64,000 nucleotides of DNA from positions 74,152,001-74,216,000 of the forward strand of contig OX597822.1 of assembly GCA_951406725.2 (NCBI GenBank), read 5' to 3'. The translations under genes and the position numbers were made by a program. Shown here piece after piece: positions 38,886 to 53,244 of the stretch (its first letter is position 1; every line of letters begins with the position of its first letter). Origin of the DNA: Octopus vulgaris (taxonomy: Eukaryota). Below the pieces are notes generated by a model. The model saw only the letters and a list, made by a program, of their open reading frames with translations. It made no database searches and was not told where the DNA came from.

Positions 38886-38969
38886 CTCTTATGCGTGCGT
38901 GTGTTGATTTGGTGATTACAAATCGAAAAATAGAACTGACACTGACTGGTCGATTATTTATTCCGGGTC

Positions 38970-39154
38970 TTTAAGTTCTGAGTTCGAATTCCACCGAGGT
39001 CGACTTCGCCTTTCATCCTTCTAGGGTCAATGAAATAAGTACCAGTTACGTACTGGGGTCGATTTGATTAACTTACCCTCCTCCCACACAAATTTCAGGT
39101 CTTGAGCGTATAGTAGAAAGTATTATTATTATTATTATTATTATTAATAGTAGA

Positions 39155-39214
<60 letters not shown>

Positions 39215-39545
39215 TATTATTATCATTTGGAGGTGCAATGGCCCAGTGGTTAGGGCAGAGGACTCGCGGTCGGAAGATCGCGGTTTCGATTCCCAGACCG
39301 GGCGTTGTGAGTGTTTATTGAGCGAAAACACCTAAAGCTCCACGAGGCTATGGCAGGGGGTGGTGGCGGCGGCCCATTTTGTACTCTTTCGTCCCAACTT
39401 TCTCTGACTCTCTCTTCTTGTTTCTTGAATAACGCTGCGATGGACTGGCGTCCCGTCCAGCTGGGGAGAACACATACGCCACAGAAACCGGGAAACCGGG
39501 CCCATGCGCCTGGCTAGGCTTGAAAAGGTCGCATAAATAATAAAT
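38970..39545 (+). mobile_element. Partial SINE A (38970-39120), (TTA)n, and full SINE C (39228-39545)
   Basis: SINE C head GGAGGTGCAATGGCCCAGTGGTTAGGGCAG..GGTTTCGATTCCC; ATAA tail. Confidence 0.8.
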
Positions 39546-39548
39546 AAA

Positions 39549-39599
<51 letters not shown>

Positions 39600-39783
39600 G
39601 CAAATGAATAAGCTCTAATCATTTCACTGTCATACAGATTCGCAACACGGACATAATGAAGGAGATCCAACAAATACGACACTAATCCTTAATAATTACT
39701 ATATAATGAGTCATTACAGGTGTTTTTAAATCTCTACCTGTTTATTTTTCTCCTTTTCAGAGTTGTAAGACAGCGTGTGTATG

Positions 39784-39899
<116 letters not shown>

Positions 39900-40329
39900 C
39901 GTGTTCGTTTTATAACTGGCTGGAAGTGAGACGACATCCAAGATGCTGGGACGCAATATAAATGTTTTATTAAGGTGACGATTAAAATTTTAAAACAATA
40001 GATGTTTACAGACGTAAGAAAGCAGAAGGCGGAAGTAAATCACCAAGACATGACATTAAATGAGCTTATCTTTAAAGTGAATCGTTTGAGAGGCGACAAG
40101 ATGTCGGCCTGGTTTTTTTTTTTTGTTTGTTTGTTTGGTTTTTTTTTAAGCGTAATCTCTTCAGCATTGTCGATCATTGTTTAAGCCTCATCCATGGTTT
40201 CCATTCCGGCACCACCACCACTGCCGCCATCACAGCCATCATCGAGAAAACACCGAGAGGAAAGTAACGGCACCCGAGGCTGTAATTATTTGCTAGAGAT
40301 CCAAAGGGAACGAAATTATGTTACTCTCC

Positions 40330-40375
<46 letters not shown>

Positions 40376-40754
40376 TGGAGGAGGGGGGGAGGAGAGGAAT
40401 AGGAGGTGGAGGAGGAGGAGAGCAGGGGGAGAGGAAGAAGAAGAAGAAGAAGAAGAAGAGGGGAGGAGAAGGGGGAGAAGGAGGGGAGGGGAAGGAGGGG
40501 GGGGAGAAGAGGAGGAGAAGGAGGAAGAGGAGGAGGAGGAGAATGAGGATGAGCGGTAGTGGTGGTGGTCATCGTTATAATGGCAGTATTAGTTATAGTA
40601 GATGTATTAGTAGTAGTGGGGTAGGAAGGTGAGGAGGAGGAGGAGGCGTGGTGGTGGCAGTGATGGTGGTTGTAGTAGTAGCAGCAGCATCTGTAGCGGG
40701 GGGTTAGGATGATGGACGAAGTGGTGGCAGTGACGATCATGGATATTAATGGAT

Positions 40755-41157
40755 ATTTACTTGTTTCATTCATGTGATTGCTGCCATGCTGGAGCACCGC
40801 ATTTAGTCGAACAAATTGACCCCAGGACTTATTCTTTGTAAGCCTAGTACTTATTCTATCGGTATCTTTTGCCGAACCACTAAGTTACGGGGACGTAAAC
40901 ACACCAACATCGGCAGTCAAAAAATCGTAAAAAGTAGGGATTTTCATAGAAAAAAAAAGCACCTTTTTGGTGTAAATAATTTTTGGTCTTAGCATCGTCC
41001 GATTTGAATTTTATCTTCTACGGAATGAAGAGCAAGCCTTCTTCTATAATACTCTCAATTTTGGTCAACTTGCGCCGAAGGGTCTCGGAGGAGATAGTGT
41101 TAGTTGAAGGCCACCAAACCTGCCACACACAGACAACTTCAGCTTTATATACATAGA
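40755..41157 (-). mobile_element. SINE B tail (40755-40916) followed by the 5' part of a non-autonomous Helitron-like element (40917-41157)
   Basis: Minus strand begins A|TCTATGTATATAAAG, like the element at 50737-51121; the 3' CTAG end is missing. Confidence 0.5.
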
Positions 41158-41455
41158 TTTATGAGTAGGATTGAAGCAGCTCTCGCAAGCGGTCATTAGC
41201 GTGTACTTGTAGATGTGGAATGTGTAATTTCTGAAAGCGAAGATAACCATTGAGATTTTCGCATGTGTCAGTACCGTATGAATGTGAATGCTTGTATATA
41301 ACTAGAAAGACATGGTATGTGTATATTTCTAGATGTAAGCGTATGACACACACCCATCCACTCACATACACAGATAATGATCAAGCAAGTCAACAGCCTG
41401 GAAGTAACTGTAAATGTTTCATATCTGAGAAAAAGAGTAGATACATATGTATGCG

Positions 41456-41770
41456 TGGAGGCGCAATGGCCCGGTGGTTAGGGCAGCGAACACGCGGTCG
41501 GAGGATCGTGGTTTCGATTCCCAGACTGGGCGTTGTGTGTGTTTATTGAGCGAAAACACCTAAAGCTCCACGAAGCTCCGGCAAGGGGTGGTGGCGATCT
41601 CTGCTGTACACTTTCGCCCCAACTGTCTTTCACTCTTTCTTCCTGTTTCTTGGATGGCGCTGCGATGGACTGGCGTCACGTCCAGCTGGGGGGGAACACA
41701 TACGCCAGAGGAACCGGGGAACCGGGCCCATGAGCCTGGCTAGGCTTGAAAAGGGCGCATAAATAATAAA
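41456..41770 (+). mobile_element. SINE family C, full-length
   Basis: High similarity to 39228-39545. Confidence 0.85.
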
Positions 41771-41969
41771 TAAATAATATATGTATGCATATGTACGGAA
41801 GCGAACGAGGCAACGAACGAACGGAAGAGAAGAAAGACGCGAGCGAGAAGAAAAACGGTGTGAAGCATGAGAGCGGTATCGAATGCGATGCGATCTCTTC
41901 CCGATGCTCCGAAAGAAATCGCACGAAGCGCGGGCATACGGCGTGCGTGTAAGCATCTACATATATATA

Positions 41970-42325
41970 AGGTGTGGCTGTGTGGCAAAAAAGCTTGCTT
42001 CCCAACCACACGGATCTGGGTTCAGTCCCACTGCGTGATACCTTGGTCAAGTGTCTTCTACTATAGCCCCGACCCGTCAAAAGTTTTGTGAGTTTATTTG
42101 GTAGACAGAAACTGAAAGAAGCTCGTCGTGTATGTGTGTGTAATGTGTGTGTATGTATATATTTATGCGTGTGTGTCTTTGTATCTGTATTTGTCCTCAC
42201 CACCATCGCTTGACAACCGATGCTGGTGTGTTTACACCCCTGTAACTTAGCGGTTCGGCCAAAAGAGGCCGATAGAATAAATACTAGACTTACAAATAAT
42301 TAATCCTGGGGTCGATTACTTCGAC
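41970..42325 (+). mobile_element. SINE family B
   Basis: Match to family B. Confidence 0.8.
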
Positions 42326-43567
42326 TATAAAACTATATATATATATATATATATACAAAATGGGACAAGAACGCAAAACATCCGGACAGCTAGGTGATAC
42401 AAAAAGAGACAACAAAACATCCAGATAAACGATACAATGAAAACAAGGACGGGTCATTCGAAGTTTTCTTTCCTCAGCCAAACACCAGATTATCCTCACA
42501 ATTTCGACTGATTATTCTGTGTATGCGCGTGTGTGTGTGCGCGCGCGTGTTTATGCGCGCGTGTGTATATGTGTGTGTGACTGTCTATAGATAATCGCAC
42601 CAGCGTGTACATGCATATATGTATACGTGCGTTTGCATATGCAGATGTCTGAATGCATGTATTTAACCATCAGCTTGCCTACATACAAAGTAGTTATGAC
42701 CACATGTATGCGAATATGTGTAAATGTGCACTTGTATCTGTGTGTCTGTGTACCTGCGTATGAGCTTGCATGATTGCAGTGCCAGGAATTGTTACCATCC
42801 TATTCCACGGTAAGTGCCAATATTACTTCAACAACGATATAATATTTAGTCAACATTATGGTTGGAAAATATAGAAGTTATTCACGTGATATGCTTTAAA
42901 TAGTTTCTTTGAAAGAAGAGTTAGATGAAAGCGGGAGATAACATATGGTATTTAATACAGATTTAGTTCTTTATTTATTTTAGTACTTGTGTTCTTTCAG
43001 TGTCTGAAATGAAAAATATTTCAACCATATTTCTTTTGATGGTTTTTCCATATAGTTATAAAATTCCCATATACTTATAAAGCCCTGACCTCTTCCCGGA
43101 GTTTTATTTGGATAATGACTGTTTGAAGAGAAAATTCTCCCGTTTTGGGGAAACTGCCGATATTATGGCGGAAATATCGAATTCATTAACTTGTAATTTT
43201 CAATTTTGTTTTGATGATATATTAAAAGTTGTAAAGTATTTTTTAGATTTTAAGTTGGTACAAGAACGGTGGGAAAATCAGTAGAACACTAAACGAGATC
43301 ATTTCCTGTATTTAGTTACATCTCATTAAGTTCCACACTAATTTCTGCCAAGATCAAGTTTACCTTTTGTCGTTCAGAAGTCGATGTGTATATATCGAAA
43401 AATAATGAATTATTCAAGTTCTGGGGTCGATATAATCGTCTATTCTTCTCTCCCAAATTTCAGCCCTTGTGTTCATGTTAGAAGTGTAGTGATTATTCTC
43501 GGGGGTCACCAATTTATGTAGTGGAAATATATAGTCAGTACAAGGTAGTGATGTGTTATTGTTTGGC

Positions 43568-43601
<34 letters not shown>

Positions 43602-43949
43602 AATGGACAGTACCATTCAATCTGATCAACGACACTAAAATAAGTGTTTGGGAACAAACCTTAGATATTGCCATATTCATTCAGTCTTAATCCTAGGAAG
43701 CATTAAACACTAACATAATTAATTATGCTACAACATAGAAACACATTTACCCTACGTACAAAGACAGTATCGGTAAATAAATTCAATAAGTAAACCTATA
43801 ACTAACTCCTAAATTATATAACTAAATATCAGCCTAGCCCGTGAAGTCCATGCTGATAATATTCCCACAGGTCTTCCATAGTTATTAATATAAAAGTGAA
43901 AGCTTTTATTTCTATTGTTTTTTCAAAGCAAAAACAAATTCGATTGAAC

Positions 43950-44362
43950 GGATCTTTTCGGTTTGAACGGCAGATTTTTTTTTTAATAATTTCCACGTAA
44001 CTAAACACTTTTAAACTTCGTATACTGGTAGAATGTGTTTATAAAACATCTTTTTCTCTTGGCTTTATTGAGAAAATTCTATAGTTTGTAAGATATTTGT
44101 GGGTTTTTTCTTCAATTTCTGCAATTTCAACCAATCAATGACGTCTATTGAGGTAAAAACATTCTGTGCCGTATGAATATGTCCCTCGTTTAAGAAACAG
44201 ATTGGGTTTATTTACATTTGTGAAGAAAAAAAATATACCATTCCCCCACCCCTAACCCTAAAACAGATTAAAATGCAATAGATCGATACTAGGGTCATAA
44301 TTATGGGTGACAATTTCATATGACACCGCTAGAAAAAACTGCCGTTCAAACCGAAAAGATCC
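43950..44362. mobile_element. MITE (413 bp) with 24-bp perfect TIRs and 8-bp TSD; Merlin-like (GG ends) or hAT
   Basis: TIR GGATCTTTTCGGTTTGAACGGCAG; TSD GATTGAAC at 43942-43949 and 44363-44370. Confidence 0.9.
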
Positions 44363-44850
44363 GATTGAACTTTACTTAACTAATAATATAACTGATTCTG
44401 AGTGAATTACACTATATCATAGTTCAGAAGTTAATAATTAAAACACTATATACTTGTTAATTATTCGCTATCCTTACATGCTTTAATGTTAAACCAGTAA
44501 TTTAATAGATAATACTAAAATGTCCTTATAAATAGGAACTAATAAAAGAATACCTGTAATTAACAATTATTATAAATAAATTTGTTACAATTAAAGCTAA
44601 ATATATAACTGTTTAAAAGATAATATAAAATATAAAGTATTGCCACTTACATGTTGTCTGAACCTACGAGGTTCGGTCAACTATATTCTGAAAAGACTGT
44701 CTTCACTATTGATGACGTTGTGTGTAATTCACTACTTTCTCAATTCTCTTTAACAATTTTCGTGACGTAGTATGCAATTAGAGTGAATTGTAAACAGTTC
44801 AGACGTTTGCAAATATTTACTAAGTTGAACGCTTGATATTACACCATATC

Positions 44851-45255
44851 TGCAGGAGTGGCTGTGTGGTAAGTAGCTTGCCTACCAACCACATGGTTCT
44901 GGGTTCAGTCCTACTGCGTGGCACCTTGGGCAAGTGTCTTCTGCTATAGCCCCGGGCCGACCAATGCCTTGTGAGTGGAATTGGTAGACGGAAACTGAAA
45001 GAAGCCTGTCGTATATATGTATATATATATATGCGTGTGTGTGTTTGTGTGAGTGTGTTTGTCCTCCTAGCATTGCTTGACAACCGATGCTGGTGTGTTT
45101 ACGTCCCCGTCACTTAGCGGTTCGGCAAAAGAGACCGATAGAATAAGTACTGGGCTTACAAAAGAATAAGTCCCGGGGTCGATTTGCTCGACTAAAGGCG
45201 GTGCTCCAGCATGGCCGCAGTCAAATGACTGAAACAAGTAAAAGAGTAAAAGAGT
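44851..45255 (+). mobile_element. SINE family B, young full-length copy
   Basis: Near-identical to 13067-13470. Confidence 0.9.
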
Positions 45256-45559
45256 ATATCAATACCCTTGTTTTACTAAATATCTTAACGGTTTATTTAC
45301 TCTTTCCAAAAATCTATTTCTATTATTTACGATAGTGCCATACCTGATAATCTGGCCTGAAAAAACACCATAACCAATAAAAGAAGGAATTCTACTAGTG
45401 AACCATGGCATTGAAGCCACTTGGGAACCAAAATCTATTTTATTATAAATTTCAGTATATATTAATAACTAAATTAACATCTAAGTACTTAATATTGTTT
45501 ATATTACTACCATTTCTGGTGACCTTAAGCTCACCAGGGTATATGTTATATATATATAT

Positions 45560-45762
45560 TACTCTTCTACTTGTTTCAGTCATTTGACTGCGGCCATGCT
45601 GGAGCACCGCCTTTAGTCGAACACATCGACCCCAGCACTTATTCTTTGTAAGCCTAGTACTTATTTTATCCGTCTCTTTTGCCGAACCGCTAAGTTACGG
45701 GGACGTAAACACACCAGCATCGGTTGTCAAGCGATGTTGGGAGGACAAACACAGACACACAA

Positions 45763-45793
<31 letters not shown>

Positions 45794-45813
45794 ACACACA
45801 CACACACACACAC

Positions 45814-45879
<66 letters not shown>

Positions 45880-46062
45880 ATATATATATACATATATACG
45901 ACGGGCTTCTTTCAGTTTCCGTCTACCAAATCCACTCACAAGACTTTGGTCGGCCCGAGGCTATAGTAGAAGACACTTGCCCCAGGTGCCACGCAGTGGG
46001 ACTGAACCCGGAGCAATGTGGTTGGTAAGCAAGCTACTTACCACACAGCCACTCATGCGCCT
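45560..46062 (-). mobile_element. SINE family B, full-length
   Basis: Reverse-complement match, with expanded internal microsatellite. Confidence 0.9.
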
Positions 46063-46072
46063 ATATACATAC

Positions 46073-46105
<33 letters not shown>

Positions 46106-47099
46106 TGTATGTATGTATGTATGTATGTATCTATGTATCTACGTATCTATGTATGTATGTATATATGTCGTCTGTAAATCATGTATCCGAAAAAGAAGCG
46201 CACTCTAAGTTACAGAGCAGTAGAGTAAATAAAGATAGACATATACGTGAAACCTAGAGTAGCCCCATAGACCGGCCATATTTATCTTTATCTACATATA
46301 TGTGTGTGTATTATATAAGTGTGAGTGCGTGTGTGTGCGTGTGTGTATGCATGCACGACGAGGTTCCACAGAGTTTCCGTCTACCAAATTCACTCACATG
46401 GTATTGGTCGGGTCGAGGCTACAGCAGAAGATAATTTGCCAGCAGTACGGCGGAGAGGGACTGAAACCAAAACCATGTGGTTACAAAACATGCTTCTTAA
46501 CGACACCCGCAATCTGTTTCCGTTTCCTGTTGCTAGTTAATATCAAGTAATTCTATGAAGCGCAACGTTAGCAAAACAATACTCCTTTGTAATGGTTGTT
46601 GGCGATAGAAGTTGTAGTACTTCTGCTACTGTTTTTACAATTTAAATTACCATTTTCATTTTCAACATCATCTCTTTCTTTATTTTTCTATGTGTAATTC
46701 TAACTGCTGTCTGTTTGCTTCATTGTCATAATGTCTGTTCGTTAATTTGTTATTGTTTCTGAAAATATTTTTGCGTAGGGGCGTTTAAACTTTTCTTTTT
46801 CTCTACACAGACTATTACTACGATTGTAAAGGAGTACCTCCTCCTGCTACCACTGATGTTGCCATACGGAAGCATGAACAATGCCAATGGCCTCTTGCCA
46901 AAATACACACAATTACAGAGAATGTCAAAGACGAACTATTCTTCCACCCGGGACTGGGGTGTAGCCTTCATTAATCGAAAGATTTTTGCTAATATTTCAA
47001 ACTGAAAGAAAAACATTTTTGTCCATTGATAAGCCTGCAGGAGCTCTGTAAAAGGTGTTCATGTCAAAACTTAATAAAATAACAATAACAAACATAGCA

Positions 47100-47100
47100 G

Positions 47101-47176
<76 letters not shown>

Positions 47177-47201
47177 AATGATGATGATGATGATAATAAT
47201 G

Positions 47202-47245
<44 letters not shown>
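47100..47245. repeat. (GAT)n(AAT)n compound microsatellite
   Basis: Seen directly. Confidence 0.95.
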
Positions 47246-47363
47246 CACAGACACGACAGAGTTGGGAACCAAGGAACATAGAGCTGCGCTCGGTAGTGCA
47301 GTGAAAGCGCATAATATAAATAAGACTACATAATAATAATAATAATAACAATAATACCAACAA

Positions 47364-47863
47364 CAACAAGAGCACTCAGAGAGCGCAAACCTCCGCCAAA
47401 GCAACACTAACGTGTCCTCGACGATTAGCCAGAGATAATTTTTTAAATGAGAATATCTGAAATAAACTCGACTGCCCTCACAAACGAGAATACTAAAAAT
47501 GAACCCGACTGCTCTCAAAAATTAAGTAAAAAATATTAAAAAAACGGAAAAATAATCCAGAATCCTTGTCCGGTACCTGATCGATCCTCGTGGTAGTCAT
47601 GAAATGTTGTAGAACATTTAGTAATACTAATAAGTAGTTTATCTTTATCTAATACAAGCGAAGTTAACAAATTCACCATTCAAAATAGTTTCTAAGGTGG
47701 AGGTAATAATAAGTTCTCAGGATTTTTTAAACGAATAGCATGAGTCCTTTTGGTTTTCTCTCCTCTCAAATCCCGGCCTTCCTTTAGTATTCCTGTTGTT
47801 TTAGATCGATGTAAAGATGTATGTATATATGTAAATATACTGTAGTGTTAATGCGTATGTATG

Positions 47864-47906
<43 letters not shown>

Positions 47907-48285
47907 CGAAAATATATTAGTGTTATTTCATTTCTGAACGGTTTTGCAGCCGTTTGTATATTTATTTTCATTTCTTTATCCATCATTTTCTACGAAGATA
48001 GAGACATGAGTAAAATAAATAATAAAGAAATGAAAATAAAACTTTGGAAACAGCGTAATGGGAGATAATTGAGAAAAACTTGAAAGTGAACGTAAGATCG
48101 TAATCATCTAAAGTAAATATAACAAATAATCCAGAATCCTTGTCCGGTACCAAATCGATCCCAAAATCTAATCAGCTCGTGCCAATCACGCGCCAAACAT
48201 CCCTGAAAGTTTCATGCGAATCCATCCAGCGGTTCTTGAGATATTTTGTCCATGGACAAACAAACAAACACGATAACTACTGCTC
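47364..48285. mobile_element. Fragments of a DINE-1/HINE (Helentron-associated)-like element (47364-47588 and 48126-48285)
   Basis: AACAAGAGCACTC start; aataatccagaatccttgtccggtacc duplicated; AAAGTTTCAT..GAATCC..GAGATAT..GGACAAACAAAC block typical of this group. Confidence 0.45.
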
Positions 48286-48330
48286 TAACGTCTTAACAAT
48301 TTCACTATTTTATCATTTTATAAAAGAAGA

Positions 48331-48941
48331 AAGCGGCGATCTGGCAGAATTGTTAGCACGCCGGGCAAAATGTATAGCAGTATTTCGCCCGTCGCTGCGT
48401 TCTGAGTTCAAATTCAGCGGTGGTCGCCTTTGCCTTTCATCCTTTCAGAGTGGATAAATTAAGTACTTGTGAAACACTGGAATCAATGTAATCGACTAGT
48501 CCCCTTCCCACAAATTTCAGGCCTTGTGCCTCCAGTAGAAATGATTATTTTTACGAAAGAATTTAAAAGAAAACCCACATCATTAAACAATGAGGTTAAG
48601 ACCCGTCATAGGTAAGAATTACTTATATTTAGCATGAGAAAACCACAGGGTTTCCAACATCCCATTGCCCAAGCCATTAGGAAATATTGTGGTGTTGTAC
48701 TAGGTGGTTTTCTCCTAGACTTTTATCGTATATTTGTTTCAGTCGTTAGACCGCGGCCATGCTGTTGCACCACCTTGAAGAATCATAATCGAACGTATAG
48801 ACGCCAGTATCAATTATTTTTAAGGGTAGTGCTTATTCTATCAATCTCTTTTTGCCGTACTGCTAAGTTACAGCATAAAAATATCAACACTGGTTGTCAA
48901 GCTGTTGTGGGGGACAAAGCACAGAGACAAAGACACACGCG

Positions 48942-49003
<62 letters not shown>

Positions 49004-49145
49004 TGACGGGTTTTTTTCAGGTTCCGTCTTCCAGATCCTTTGGTCAGCCCGAGGCTATAGTAGAAAACACTTGCCTAAGGTTAGGTTTCATGGGACTGAA
49101 CCTGGAACCATGTGATTGATAAACAGGTTCCTTGCCACACAGCCA
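48331..49145. mobile_element. SINE A (+, 48331-48545) and diverged SINE B (-, 48735-49145)
   Basis: Matches to the family motifs. Confidence 0.7.
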
Positions 49146-49660
49146 GACAGTCACACCTGCTTTGTACTTAAAATTTACATGGCTTGGGTTTTGTTCTTTT
49201 TTCATTAAATGTCCACTTTACAAATTTGGAATTTCCTTATGTCAAGCGGAAATTTTCCTATAAGCAATCCGTTTTTTGTTTACAATTTTTAGCCGACTCT
49301 GTAATATTTGTATGACTGGCTCAATACTGTTAGAAAACATCAACGTGGCCGCCACAAAGACGTCTTCAGTTTACTTCTCACAGACAATGCTTAGACTTCA
49401 TGACTACCGGGTGAGGGCAACGGGTAGATAGTGTTAAATGGTTTTGCTCGGGTTAAAAAATTAATGCTATAAAAGTCTACATTTTGGAAGGGACATGAAT
49501 TTCACACACAAACACTTTACATACATACGTATGTATATACATGTTTGTATATATGTATATATATATGTATGCATAGATGTATGTATATATGTATATGCAT
49601 GTATGTACATTCATATATGTACACACATAATACATACACACATATATACGTATAAGCATT

Positions 49661-49707
<47 letters not shown>

Positions 49708-50490
49708 CACATTGAAAGAGTGAGAGAAGGAAAAAAAGAATGAGAAAGAGAGATGGCGACAAAGGCTGAAAACGGAAAAGTTATTGACGGATGTACGGTC
49801 TACTGGTTTCTGTCGGTCGACATAGATACAGAAGACTAGAGTCCGGAATCAAGCAACAACGAAAGAAAGAAAGAAGAAAATACAAACACGTGTGAATGTG
49901 CGTGATAGCCAGTGGTGGCTACGCGCAACATTATTTTATGAATCGGTATCGCAAAGTGTTCTAAAATTGAATAGAATTGAAAAGAAGGAACCGGGAGAAA
50001 AAAAGGAAAGGGAATAGGAAGAGGTAACGGAACTAAAGTTGAAAGTCACGAAAGAATAAAAAAAAAAAAAACGGAAGAAACATGGAAAAAAATCGGAATA
50101 AAAGACGGAAATGGATTAAGGAATATGTGAGGAAGTAGGTCGCTAAAATGATCTGCGAATAGGGATCTCCAAATAATGAGTTAATTAATTTTAAAACCTG
50201 TGTTTAGAAATTAACGAATAGCTATTTTTCATATATAATTTGATGACTGCGGCGAATTGCTTGGCGTTTTCTTGAGAATACGGGACCCTCAGATGGAAAT
50301 ATTACACACATACATCCAACACGTGTCCTCATTTTTAACATGTAAAAGTACTCTCACAAACATACACATAGATGTATATGCGTATAGTTATGTACGTTTG
50401 GAAATGGTTAAGTAGTTCGCTTAGGTTGTCAAGCGATGTTGGGAGGGCAAACACAGACAAACAAACATACATACACACACACACACACAG

Positions 50491-50534
<44 letters not shown>

Positions 50535-50559
50535 ATGTGTGTGTGTGTGTGTGTGTGTG

Positions 50560-50727
50560 TCTTCCCTTCTCTGGATCTTTCCTTCTCCTATGTTTCCGAC
50601 GAAGAGCTCCGCTCGAAACGTTAAACCCTCCTTCTTTCCTTCTTTCCTGAGCGTCCAATAATACTATATTTGTTCCACGTCCTCGCGTTGTTGTGTTTTT
50701 TTGTGTTTTCTTGTTTGGATTAACTTT
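50560..50727 (+). mobile_element. Short hammerhead-bearing element (motif 50592-50626)
   Basis: GTTT-CCGACGA-A-GAGC(TCC)GCTC-GAAA-CG-TT-AAAC. Confidence 0.75.
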
Positions 50728-50736
50728 ATATATATA

Positions 50737-51121
50737 CTAGCAGTATCGCCCGGCGTTGCTCGGGTTTGTAAGGGAAATAACTATAAAGCATTTTTAGAGA
50801 GTTATAGCCAAAAAATAGAAAAAAAATGGAAAAAAAATTATGGTAAATTTTTTGGGGAGAGTTGAAAAGGTCGAGTTGCGTCCCCTAGACAGTCTGTGGT
50901 TTGTGTTTCTGATTCTCGACCCCATGTCGAATTTATCGATTTTTTTCAGAACTGGGGGAACTTTTCAAAATTTTCGCTGCGTTAGTTTTGAATTATGACA
51001 TTGGGCTATGTGTGTGTCAAGTTTCATCAGAATCGGTTGAAAGCCGTGGTCAGGGTGAGGGTACAACCTGACAGACACACAGACACGCAGACAGACAAAC
51101 TGCCATTTATATATAGAGAGA
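50737..51121 (-). mobile_element. Non-autonomous Helitron (385 bp)
   Basis: Minus strand reads A|TCTCTCTATATATAAA...CCCGAGCAACGCCGGG (hairpin) CGATACTG CTAG|T; AT target, no TSD. Confidence 0.8.
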
Positions 51122-52320
51122 TATATACGACGGGCTTCTTTCAGTTTCCGTCTACCAAATCCACTCACAAGGCTTTGGTCGGCCCGAGGCTTTAGTAGGA
51201 GTCACATGCCCAAGATGCCACGCAGTGGGACTGAACCTGGAACCATATGGTTGGTAAGCAAGCTACTTACCACACAGCCACTCCTGTGCCTATAAATATA
51301 GTGCATTTGTATGCACTCAGAAAGTTACATATGCACATCATAACATAAAAACCATGGAACGCAAACAAAATCATTGAATTTTTTAAGAAACTTTATATTT
51401 GCTGAAATTAAATAATTTATTGTACTAATTGGGCTTTTTAAAATTAGAATTTATGCTTACTCATAACCAAAACGAAATGATTAAAGCTCATGATATAATT
51501 ATGTGGTAAATATTTTTCTTTGAATCAGACTCTCAACAAATTCTATCAACAAATGAGAAACAGGTCCAGATTTCTATCGTTTATTGTAAAGATTCCTGGC
51601 TTTTACAACTTTCCCACTTCAATTAAATCTCGATATAAAATACGCTTTGTTTTGGCACAAGTAACAGAATCACTATCAATTTGGTGCATTCTAAGTGTGG
51701 ACTCTATAAGCTGTTGCTGTATAAAATAGCTGCTTTGGAAACGAACCTTCCAATTATTAACTAACAGCGACATCTATTTCAAGGAATCATCTTCCCCGTT
51801 TACTCGTAAAAAAATATCTACATCAATATACTACGACTTCTAATACTTCTTGTCGATTGTAGACACATACTTTATGGGTTTGTGAAGAATGGAAAACTTT
51901 TTATCCATTCCGGAAGATAAATATTTGGGAAGAATTCCATACATAGGTCTCTGAAGAATTCCATTCTTTTAAGAATCTTCTATTCGCTATGTGTCGTAAA
52001 TTCTTTGATAGAAATATGTTCAGGTCATATGGATAAGTTCTAATGTCTTTTTTTGTTTCTTTTCTCCGTTGGACTTTACGGAGAATTTTTTTTTTGGGGG
52101 AGGGGGGGTGATTTTTACTGCCAGAATCGGTTTTTCTGGTTATAAGCTTTATTCTATGTACAAGAGTGTTACTCGTCATTTAACGATGTGAAAACCGCCA
52201 TTCTGTGGAAACCACCACATGGCAAGAGAAAACAAAGGCGACCAAAAGCGACTTGGCACCGCACCTTCATCGATATATGATGTAAAATGTATGTATATGT
52301 ACACAGACAGGCAGACAGAC

Positions 52321-52437
<117 letters not shown>

Positions 52438-52772
52438 TATTTCTTTATTAGCCACACAGGGATGAATACAGAGGGAACAAATTACAAAGTACAGCTTTTC
52501 TTTTTGGGGAGAAAAAAAAAGATAAGAAAAAAGGGGGTAGGTTTTCGATCAAAAGGGATCGTAAAAAACGATCAATAGGGATCGTGTATCACAGAAATGT
52601 CATGATGTAAAGTGTAAAGGGGGAAACAGATAAGGTTTATACGTGGAAAGAAAAGCCTACGGAAGAGACCACAGTAACCTCGGTCAATGATGTCACATGT
52701 TAACACATTTATTTGCAAGTAAGTAACTCTCTGATCGATAGACAGACAGACAGACAGACAGACAGATAGACC

Positions 52773-52869
<97 letters not shown>

Positions 52870-53244
52870 GTATAAATCTTCAGATGCACAAGAAATACAT
52901 GATGCAATATGTGAGATTTTAACAAGATCACTAGAAAATATTTTTGGTTCTTCACTCGGTATTAAAAACTTAATCACAGGAATTTAACTTAAATTGTTTG
53001 TCTTCGTATCTTTTAGAAACGTTAGATATATGTTTAATTATACTTAAATACGTAAATATTAAATACAAACATTAGCTGCATTTGTATATATGTTAATTTA
53101 ACTGCGTAAATTTTAAGTAGAAGCGTGTTATATTTGCTATTACATTTCATAATAAAGAATATAATGTATAAATAAATATACGTTCAAAAGTTGTCTAATA
53201 TAGGTTTACTTAATAATACTGAAAATATTTAATTAAAATTTTGG

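Larger units (their letters stand above)
50423..51292 (-). mobile_element. SINE family B split in its microsatellite by two insertions
   Basis: Mid-body at 50423-50460; head at 51128-51292. Confidence 0.75.

Noticed and set aside
40194-40797. Glu/Gly/Arg-rich ORFs
   Set aside because: (TAG)n, (GAA)n and (GGA)n low-complexity tract.
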